Both the position numbers and the translations under genes were made by a program. A stretch of DNA of 64,000 nt from Macrostomum lignano (lineage: Eukaryota), in NCBI GenBank assembly GCA_002269645.1, contig NIVC01000130.1, positions 434,001 through 498,000 on the forward strand. Direction: 5' to 3'. The notes below the pieces were generated by a model. It saw nothing but the letters and a program-made list of their open reading frames with translations, did not search any database and was not told where the DNA came from. This document shows, one piece after another, positions 54,375 through 64,000 of the stretch; the stretch's first letter is position 1, and each line of letters opens with the position of its first letter.

Positions 54375-57300
54375 TTAAAACGATTGGTGATAATGAGAGT
54401 TGAATTTTTGAAATTTGCCAAACTTTTGCCTGTGGTCTTGTCTGTGCTGTTGCTGTTGTTGCTGCTGCTGCGGCGGCTGCTGGTACATCTGCTGAAATGG
54501 CGGACCCTGCGGTGGCGGCGGCTGTTGCTGCTGTCTCTGCAAATAGGATCGATTCTTGTGATGGAGAGTTTTCTTATGCAGACGAAACGATTGACAATCG
54601 CTGCTAGGGGTGGCCGTGACGGCGGCGGCTGCCACAGCGGCGGCAGCGGTGGCGGCGGCCGCGGCGGCTGCGGTGGCGGCTTTCAGGTGTTCAGCAGATT
54701 CGTAGTGCCGTTTAGCCGCAGCCAGAGTGCAGATTTGAATGTTGCAGGATCCGCAGACTATTGGCGACTGACCGGTCTGGCGCAGGCGGGCGAGGGGTTG
54801 CGATTTATGGGAAGCTAGTGAAATTATTTTCCCAGTATTTTCAGTTCTTATTCTTTAATCCTAGGCTCCTAGAATTCGTGGACTAAAGAGTTTTTCTTAG
54901 AATGAGTGTCAAAAATGCATTTCTTAGAAACAGTTAATAGACAATTCTTAGAAACAGTAAGGGCAATATTCTTAAAAACAATTAAAGCGAGATTCTTAGA
55001 AACAACCAAGACAATATTCTTAAAAACAATTAAAGCGAGATTCTTAGAAACAACCAAGACAATATTCTAAGAAACAATCACGACAAGATTCTTAGAAACA
55101 ATTAAGACAAAATTCTTAGAAACAATCACGACAAGACTTAGCAACAGTCAAGACAAGATTCTTAGAAACAATCACGACAAGACTTAGCAATAGTCAAGAC
55201 AAGATTCTTAGAAACAATCACGACAAGACTTAGCAATAGTCAAGACAAGATTCTTAGAAACAATCACGACAAGACTTAGCAATAGTCAAGACAAGATTCT
55301 TAGAAACAATCACGACAAGACTTAGCAACAGTCAAGACAAGATTCTTAGAAACAATCAAGACAAGATTCTTAGAAACAATCACGACAAGACTTAGCAACA
55401 GTCAAGACAAGATTCTTAGAAACAACGAAGAAAATATTCTAAGAAACAATCACGACAAGATTTTTAGAAACAATTAAGACAAGATTCAAAGAAACAATCA
55501 CTACAAGATTCTTAGAAACAATCACGACAAGATTCTTAGAAACAATCACGACAAGACTTAGCAACAGTCAAGACAAGATTCTAAGAAAAAATCACGACAA
55601 GATTCTTAGAAACATTCATGACGAGATTCTTAGAAACAACCAAGACAATAAAAACTAAAGACGCTATCTCACCTGCCAAGCTGATTTAGAAGAATGAGCC
55701 AGGCCGCTATTACTTTTGTTACCAGGCGGCGAGACAATAGCAACCGTTTCCATAGAAGCTGACTGTTGTTGACAAGGTTGATTAAAGGTATCGATTTTAT
55801 TTGAAGGTTCAGCAGTTCCAGCAGAACCGGCCATGTTAGAATGATCCGAATTTGCGTTGGCTGCACCTCTTTCTACCAACGCTGATGAGGCAGCGCCGGT
55901 CTGATGACCAGACGGGTTCTGCGGTTGCCGAATCCCGTCTCGCTGCTTGGGAAGGCAGTGGGAGGCGATTTTGGGTTGGGGCTCGCTGTGTCACTTTTCT
56001 AGTCACTCCAGAGTCACTCTTCTAGTCACTCCAGAGTCACTCTTCTAGTTACTCCAGAGTCACTCTTCTAGTCACTCCAGAGTCACTCTTCTAGTCACTC
56101 CAGAGTCACTCTTCTAGTCACTCCAGAGTCACTCTTCTAGTCACTCCAGAGTCACTCTTCTAGTCACTCCAGAGTCACTCTTCTAGTCACTCCAGACTCC
56201 AGAGTCACTCTTCTAGTCACTCCAATATCTTTTTAGCCACTCCAATATCTTTTTAGTCACTCCCTTCTCTTTCTAGTCACTCCCATCTCTTTCTAGTCAC
56301 TCCCATCTCTTTCTAGTCACTCCCATCTCTTTCTAGTCACTCCCATCTCTTTCTAGTCACTACCATCTCTTTTTAGTCACTCCCATCTCCTAATCACTCA
56401 CTCCAACATGATTCCCAGGCGGTCTCCGATCAAAGCCAGCGGATTCGCTGGGCCGGCCCGCGCCAGTGTTGGCCAAATGGTTGGGACTGGTCAGATGGCC
56501 GCGAATCTCCATAGCCGAAGAGAAGTAGATGCCGCACAGCGAGCAGTGCCGCTGCTGGATCAGATGCCGCATGTCCGGGTCGGCGTTCATTGCGGCCACA
56601 TCGACGCCTTTGAGAAATGTGGCCTGGTCGGTTTTTTAAAATTAAGAAACATAATATGCCATTTATAACAATAATGTCACTCCAGTATCTATCCCGTCAC
56701 ATTAATGTCACTCCAGTGTCTATCCCGTCACATTAATGTCACTCCAGTGTCTATCCAGTCACATTAATGTCACTCCAGTGTCTATCCAGTCACATTAATG
56801 TCACTCCAGTGTCTATCCCGTCACAATGTCACTCCAGTGTCTATCCAGTCACATTAATGTCACTCCAGTGTCTATCCAGTCACATTAATGTCACTCCAGT
56901 GTCTATCCCATCACATTAATGTCACTCCAGTGTCTATCCCGTCACAATGTCACTTCAGTGTCTATCATGTCTCATTAATGTCACTCTCATTGTCTACCAT
57001 GTCACATTAATGTCACTCCAGTGTCTATCCCATCACATTAATATCTAAGGATCTAGTGAATGCCTATCCTATCAGCATGAAAGATTAATTTTTCAATTTT
57101 AGCCAGCCAGCCGCATACCTCATCGATAGCATTAGCCCTGGCCATCTCCAGGTCGTGCATATTGCTAGTATAATACACTCCATTCCTAAGCACAGCAACA
57201 GGCAAATTCGGCCTATCAGGATTAGACAGCGCCCACTGACGCCTGTGCTTCTGACCATTGAAATGCTGCATAGCGATTGTCGGCGAGCCTAGCGCAGAGT

Positions 57301-57520
57301 TACAAATATGACAATGCGATTCGTTTAATATCTGACGAAACTCCGGCCAGGTGTCCGGTGAAATTTTCAATGATTTATTGCCGCCGAATTTCTGGCGCTT
57401 CTGATTGCCGCCGCCAAAATGAGCCGCTCGTTTCTTATTACTACTGCCATAGTTATTAGTAGTATAATGCATAGCATTTGATGAGGGCGGTCCGCCGCCG
57501 CCTCCATTGCTTGGATTCAT
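54375..57520 (-). CDS. Protein with three matrin/U1-type C2H2 zinc fingers (ZNF385/ZMAT/JAZ-like); exons approximately 57520-57119, 56623-56402, 55942-55673 and 54776 (or 54814)-54375
   Basis: Fingers CHICNSAL...QHFNGQKH, CSLCGIYF...HLTSPNH and CGSCNIQI...HYESAEH; Ala/Gln-rich tail. The boundaries of exons 3 and 4 are ambiguous. Confidence 0.75.
54930..55650. repeat. Minisatellite (ttcttagaaacaatcacgacaaga and variants)
   Basis: Directly visible; intronic. Confidence 0.9.
56000..56390. repeat. Minisatellite, 20-23 bp (tcttctagtcactccagagtcac / tctttctagtcactcccatc)
   Basis: Directly visible; intronic. Confidence 0.9.
56675..57045. repeat. Minisatellite, about 30 bp (cacattaatgtcactccagtgtctatccagt)
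   Basis: Directly visible; intronic. Confidence 0.9.
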
Positions 57521-57689
57521 TTGCTTAGCAACTAAGCTAGCGCCTCTTGGTGTTTGCCAATCTTTTATCGCACACAATTTCTCTCGCTTAATCAATCATG
57601 AGAAAATTGCAAAACCATTTAGACCATGTCATTTTTAACTAATATAAACTCTTACGATTCTGAAAATCATTGTCATAAACTCTAATTTG

Positions 57690-58200
57690 ACATTCTAATA
57701 GCTAAGGCCATAAACTCTAATTTGACTTTCTAATAGCTAAGGCCATAAACTCTAATTTGACTTTCTAATAGCTAAGGCCATAAACTCTAATTTGACATTC
57801 TAATAGCTGGGGCCATAAACTCTAATTTGACATTCTAATAGCTAAGGCCATAAACTCTAATTTGACATTCTAATAGCTGGGGCCATAAACTCTAATTTGA
57901 CTTTCTAATAGCTGGGGCCATAAACTCTAACTTGACATTCTAATAGCTGGGGCCATAAACTCTAAGTTGACATTCTAATAGCTGGGGCCATAAACTCTAA
58001 TTTGACATTCTAATAGCTGGGGCCATAAACTCTAATTTGACATTCTAATAGCTGGGGCCATAAACTCTAATTTGACATTCTAATAGCTGGGGCCATAAAC
58101 TCTTAATTTGACATTCTAATAGCTAAGGCCATAAACTCTAATTTGACATTCTAATAGCTGGGGCCATAAACTCTAACTTGACATTCTAATAGCCAGGGTC
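57690..58200. repeat. Minisatellite, about 35 bp (ccataaactctaatttgacattctaatagctgggg)
   Basis: Directly visible. Confidence 0.92.
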
Positions 58201-58749
58201 ATAAACTCCGAACTCTGCTTCACCTTTCACAAGTCATATTGCCATGAGCAGGCTCATAAGAAAGGAATGCTTAATTGCTTAAACTGAAGCTAGTGAAAGC
58301 CTATTTAAAAAAAAATAAAAAACAAATTAAAAGAAGCTTACGAATAAAATTCAAACCCAAAACATTAACGAATTAAAAGCGCACTTGTCACTTTTTACTT
58401 GGTCTTTTCGGAACTATTTTTTAACATTATTAAACGAAAAACTTTATGAAAAAGTACTACTTGTTTTAAAGTTGTATTAATTAAGAAAAACATTCTAATT
58501 ACATGATTATATTATAAACTTATTGCACCACAGCATATTGTGACAAAAATAGAGAAAAAGAGTATTTAGCATAATGCAGCAAAGCCAATGTTACTATTAA
58601 TGAGATGCAGCTTGATTACAGCACCACTGGTGAAAAAAAACTGACGTAAAATTTCAATAAGTACCGATTACAGAAAGCAAAAAATGAATATCACTGACCC
58701 CAACCCTAAAGAGTATCCCATCATTACCCACACAGAAAACGGTGCTGGC

Positions 58750-59345
58750 CTGAGCAGCACTCAGCAGCACACAACTCAGTATTTGAGCAGCACTCAGCAG
58801 CACACAACTCAGTATTTGAGCAGCACTCAGCAGCACACAACTCAGTATTTGAGCAGCACTCAGCAGCACACAACTCAGTATTTGAGCAGCACTCAGCAGC
58901 ACACAACTCAGTATTTGAGCAGCACTCAGCAGCACACAACTCAGTATTTGAGCAGCACTCAGCAGCACACAACTCAGTATTTGAGCAGCACTCAGCAGCA
59001 CACAACTCAGTATTTGAGCAACACATTTAACTCAATATTTGAGCAGCACATTCAACTCATATTTGAGCAGCACTCAGCAGCACACAACTCAGTATTTGAG
59101 CAACACATTTAACTCAATATTTGAGCAACACATTCAACTCAATATTTGAGCAGCACATTCAACTCAATATTTGAGCAGCACATTCAACTCAGTATTTGAG
59201 CAGCACATTCAACTCAATATTTGAGCAGCACATTCAACTCAATATTTGAGCAGCACTTAGCAACACATTCAACTCAATATTTGAGCAGCACTTAGCAACA
59301 CATTCAACTCAATATTTGAGCAGCACTTAGCAACACATTCAACTC
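58750..59345. repeat. Minisatellite (gagcagcactcagcagcacacaactcagtattt and shorter variants)
   Basis: Directly visible; abuts the SLBP stop codon. Confidence 0.92.
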
Positions 59346-60863
59346 AGTGCTTGAGCTTCTTGGAGGGCGAGTCGGTGAGGGCGGAGGACCTCTTGCGGGT
59401 GAGTCTGGGACAGGCGGCTCCCACAGCGAGTCCCTGAACGTCGCTGGTCAAGCCGCTGTGCAGAGCGTCGGGCTGGACGCTGGAGGTGGCGGCAGGTGCA
59501 GCGGTGAGGGTCCGAGAGTCGCCGTCTTCATCGTCAGCCGGAAGCTTCGCAGGCGGTGGCGGCGGCGTGGACGATGGCGAGGACCGCGGCGAGATGCCAG
59601 CGCTGCTGCTGACTGCATCATCCCAGCGATGAAGCTGCAGCTTCCACTGCTTGACGCAGCCGTCCCAGGCTCTGCGGGACATTCGCACGAACTTGTTCGG
59701 AGTTCGCGGGTCGCCCTTCTCCCGCAGAGGCTTCGGCACCGACTTCACGTAGTTCGCGTACGCCGTCAGGTTCTTCGACTTGTCGATGTCGCGCTGCCGA
59801 CGCAGCAGAACCGCCTCATCGTCCTCCATCTCGAAGCAGCTGCCGTCTGAGGCGTTTGAGTTCAGCGATGAGTTCAAGTTGCCTCCCACGCTGCTGTTGA
59901 GGCTCTGCGACAGCCGCTTCTGCGCCTGCTTGGCCTCGTAGCGCTGCCTGTCGAGTCGCGTCGTCTCGAACAGCTCGTCCTGCTTGGCCCAGTCCGTGTA
60001 CATGGGGATGCGCTCCTTCACCTGGGGATGGGGTGCGGCTGCTCAGTACCTGGGATACCTGGAATGGGGTGCGCTCCTTCACCTGGGGATGGGATGCGGC
60101 TGCTCAGTACCTGGGATACCTGGGATGGGGTGCGGCTGCTCAGTACCTGGGATACCTGGAATGGGGTGCGCTCCTTCACCTGGGGATGGGATGCGGCTGC
60201 TCAGTACCTGGGATACCTGGGATGGGGTGCGGCTGCTCAGTACCTGGGATACCTGGAATGGGGTGCGCTCCTTCACCTGGGGATGGGCGCGGCTGCTCAG
60301 TACCTGGGATACCTGGGATGGGGTGCGTCTGCTCAGTACCTGGGATGGGGTGCAGCTTCTGAGTATTTGTGATACCTGGGATGGGGTACAGCTGCTCAGT
60401 ACCTGGGATACTGGGGATGGAGTACAGCTGCTCAGTACCTGGGATACCTGGAATGGGGTGCGCTCCTTCACCTGGGGATGGGGTGCGGCTGCTCAGTACC
60501 TGGGATACCTGGGATTGGGTGCGGCTGCTGAGTACCTGGGATACCTGGAATGGGGTGCGCTCCTTCACCTGGGGATGGGGTGCGGCTGCTCAGTACCTGG
60601 GATACCTGAGATGCTCCCAATACCCCAGCAAGCGCACGCACCTGCCGCAGCTCAATGCTTGGATCATATCGCAGGTGTCTCGGCACCCCGCCAGCCAGGC
60701 TGTTCCGCCCGCCAGCAAAGCCGTGGCGCCGACCGCCCCTGCCAGCCGGTGAGGAGCTGGCGGCAGCGGAGGCTGGCAGCGATGGCCGCGAGATTCGACT
60801 CCGGGACCTGCTGGTGTCCCTGCGGCGCTGTGGCGAGGCCGCCTTCCTGTGACGGGTCTCCAT
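59344..60863 (-). CDS. SLBP: Histone RNA stem-loop-binding protein homologue; exons 60863-60642 (or 60606) and 60021-59344
   Basis: DEAVLLRRQRDIDKSKNLTAYANYVKSVPKPLREKGDPRTPNKFVRMSRRAWDGCVKQWKLQLHRWD aligns along its length with the SLBP RNA-binding domain, including TPNK and SRR.WD. Confidence 0.85.
60005..60610. repeat. Compound minisatellite filling the SLBP intron
   Basis: Mixed units ggggtgcggctgctcagtacctgggatacct and ggaatggggtgcgctccttcacctgggg. Confidence 0.92.
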
Positions 60864-63800
60864 GGGGCTTTTGGGATTCTTGAGATTGACGTTGAGTTCA
60901 CGGGATGGTTTGGGGCTCGAGTGCTGCAGAATTACAGGCGGGATCAGAATTGCAGTCTTATCTGGCAACTGAGGTATGCACAATGCCCAGAAGTACTTCT
61001 TTAAACACCAATTGGTTTCTATTGACCACAAGTGAAAACTAAGGTTCTACATTGATAGACAATTAAAAAAACTTTATAATCCTACATCGTCTTATTTACC
61101 TACAGCCCATTGACTTTCAAACTTCGTATCTCCAATGGTAACTTATATATGCTACTGTCAACCAACCCAGACAATTTGGCTAGCACCAAATTGTGTCTGG
61201 CAAATCAAAGGGTAAGTTGCAATTTTGAAGAAAACAGAGATGAGAGAGCAGATAGGTGACAGGAGAGATGAGACAATAGAGTAGAGAAAGTAAATAGGAA
61301 AGATGACAAATAAGAGAGTATAGATTAGAGATGAGAGAGAAGAGAAGAGACAGGAGAGTAGATAGAAGAGAGGATCAAGACAAGATAGGAGAGATCAGAA
61401 ATGAGAGCAAAGTAGAAAGAAGAGAGGAGAGAAGAGAAGAGAGACAAGAGGAGAAAAAGAGATAAGAGATGAGGGGGGGAGAGGAGAGAAGAGAGAAATG
61501 AGAAAAGAGAGCAGAGATAAAAAAAGAGAATGGAGATGAGAGAAGAGGTGAGAAAACAGACGAGAGATAAGGGGAGAGAGAAGAGAGAAAATAGAAGAGA
61601 AGATAGAAGTTTTAAAGAATCTAAAGGTTGTAAATAAAAGCAGAGGCAGAAGCCAGAGTTTCCCAATGCATGCTTTAGACAAATATTGCCTAACATTCTG
61701 CGCAATAACATAGCCAAAAAGATCAATACTTGCTTCAAATATACAAATTTATTCCATTTTGTAATATCTCTATACTAATTAATAACAAGTTTTTAATGTT
61801 GTTTGAGTATGAATTTAAATTTTAAAATATGCAAAAATAGTTCTAGGGATTGGTTTTCCCTAGGTTCAGAATCTATAAGCTTTAACAGTTATAATAAAAA
61901 AATACAAAATTTAGAAAAGAGAACAATTACTTATTTTATAGAGAGAAAAATTTTGATTGATAGGCCTAGGTACATTTTTTATTTGGATAATGAAAACTAT
62001 GACTATCTCCAAATATTCTTTTTGATTTTTTTAGAATTCTAGCTTATCAAAATTATGATATTTATGAAAAGTTAGAACCTTTTTTAATCTTTATAATTGA
62101 ACAAAAATGGTAAATTGTATCATAAAAGGTAATTAGCTATAAAATATAGAACCAATATATAGGTTATATTATATTATACTATATTATTTATAATTATAGG
62201 GCTAGGCCAGCCAATAGGTATCTAGAAAAATATTAGAATCCTTAAGTTCAGTCTCTATATTGGAATAAATAGAAAAAAGCATCCAACTAGGCCATCCATC
62301 GCAATTTTGAAATTTTCTAGATTGTGTTGCAACTAGAGTTTAGGTAGGTATTGTGATATAGTGTGGTGCAGTTTTTGGGTAAATGGCAGGAATAACTATG
62401 ACTCTCTTATTAAGGCTAAATACCTTATAATCTAATTAGTACAATGCCTATATTTGGTTTGAATGTGTTCTATATATGGAATTTTGCATTTTTGAGATAC
62501 ATTTTTGACCCTCTATTATGCATCTGTATATTTTCTATACTTATTCTAATAGAGTTCAGTCAGCATATAATAAACTATTTTTGATATATATTAAAGTTTT
62601 GCTAACATATTTACTAATAGTTTAAATTGCAAAATTCTAAGTGTTTTAAAGCAGATTAGGTCTATTTTCTTTTTTCTATATTTTATCATTATTGCTTGCA
62701 ATATGGCTAGAAATCCAACAGCAACTACAACTATTATATCACCAGCTGATTTGCAATCTATGTGCGAAGTTACACAACTGAATCTAAATCATTCTTTTAA
62801 ACTATTGAACACTTCAATGAGTTTTTGTATGACATGTTTTGACATGGTTTGTCAGTTTTATTGTTAACAATCATAAATCTTCATTAACAGTTTCATTTAA
62901 AATGAAAAAATAATTTAACATATAAAACTATAGTTATGCTGTCTGAAAATATGTTAGCAAAAGTTATAGGCCTATATACATTTAAGTTTTGACCTGTCAA
63001 AAATTATAAATAGAAAATTTAGGCCTACTTTTTTTATTTTTCAATAGGTTGGCTTTATTGCTTAAAAATAACAATCAAGATTCAATCTTTATTAAATTTA
63101 AAATATTTAGGCTAAGCCTAGCTTGCAAGAGGAAAAAGAAGTGTCTTTACAACTAGCATCTTAACTTTTTATCTCTTGTCATAAATATCTGTTTTCAGGC
63201 TATAGGCCTATAGGGTAGGGCAACAAAGCTAACTAGCTGAACAATAAAGAAAGACATTTTTAAACAAAAACTGAGACTTTTTAAATACCAATTTTAGAAC
63301 TAGAATCAAGAGATTGACAAAGAGTAAAACTCTTTTTTGGAATATTTTTATATTGAGAGAAAGAGAACTAAGCCAAAAGCTAGACAACTAGGCCTAGTAC
63401 CATATTAAATACTACAAAAATGCTTACCTTTACAAAAAATCTGTAGACTTGTTCTCTCAAATTACTTTCTTTCCATGTTTAGCCTATTTAGAAACAAAAA
63501 ATAGACCTACCTAACAACCCTTCTAAAACTGAAATATGAGACATTCTCTCAGGAAGCTTGTAGGTTCTATGAATCTATGGAGCAAGAAATAGTTTTAATA
63601 TTCTTCATTACCTAACTGAGTGCCCACAAACACTAGAAATTAGGAAAAATAGCATACTTTTGTAAATACCTTCTAGACACCAACCAGATAGGCTTACATT
63701 AAATAAGGTATGCTACAAATGAAAATAGTCAGAAAACAGCTTAATGGAGTAGGCCTAGCTAAAATTTACAATGCCATGTACAGTTAAAATTATTTACTTG

Positions 63801-64000
63801 AAATATAGGCCTATAACATGTAGGCATTCTTTCGGATGACAATCACCTGAAAAGTGACGATCACCAAAGATTCACCAATGTAAAAGTTCTGGGTAATTGA
63901 AATTGAAAGTAAGAAAGCGAGTCAAACAAATTGTCCAGAAATTAAAAAACCCAACATTGGGGCTATCAGTCGTGAATCGTGTATTTCGTAGTAACCGCCA

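Noticed and set aside
55872-55970. Hammerhead-like core (CTGATGA...GAAT with a paired stem II)
   Set aside because: It has GAAT instead of GAAA, no stem I can form, and the region overlaps a zinc-finger gene exon on the other strand.

Overview
Eukaryotic (metazoan) DNA, rich in introns and minisatellites. The style resembles the flatworm Macrostomum lignano, but this is inference only. (1) 0.5-22.8 kb, minus strand: most of a large single-pass FN3 receptor gene resembling an R3 receptor tyrosine phosphatase; the catalytic domain would lie beyond the left edge. Its ectodomain is built from 12 tandem, phase-1/phase-1, one-FN3-per-exon cassettes (10 intact, 1 frameshifted, 1 truncated) that are patchwork mosaics of each other. 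Its introns hold a decayed Ty3/Gypsy fragment and a split CORE-type SINE. (2) 27.9-33.9 kb: a decayed RTE-like LINE interrupted by an apparently full-length Ingi/Vingi-like LINE, with a 13-bp TSD, an (AG)n tail and a compact HDV-like ribozyme fold at its 5' end. (3) 38.9-49.1 kb: three intronless, membrane-anchored FkbM-family methyltransferase paralogues, around a 1-kb (TTAC)n tract and a nested TIR element. (4) 51.7-60.9 kb: a KCTD-like BTB gene (+), a three-finger matrin-type zinc-finger gene (-) and a divergent histone stem-loop-binding protein gene (-). About 25 different tandem arrays cover roughly 15 kb. No CRISPR array, rRNA gene or true tRNA gene was found. Exon boundaries were read by eye from GT-AG signals and frame continuity.
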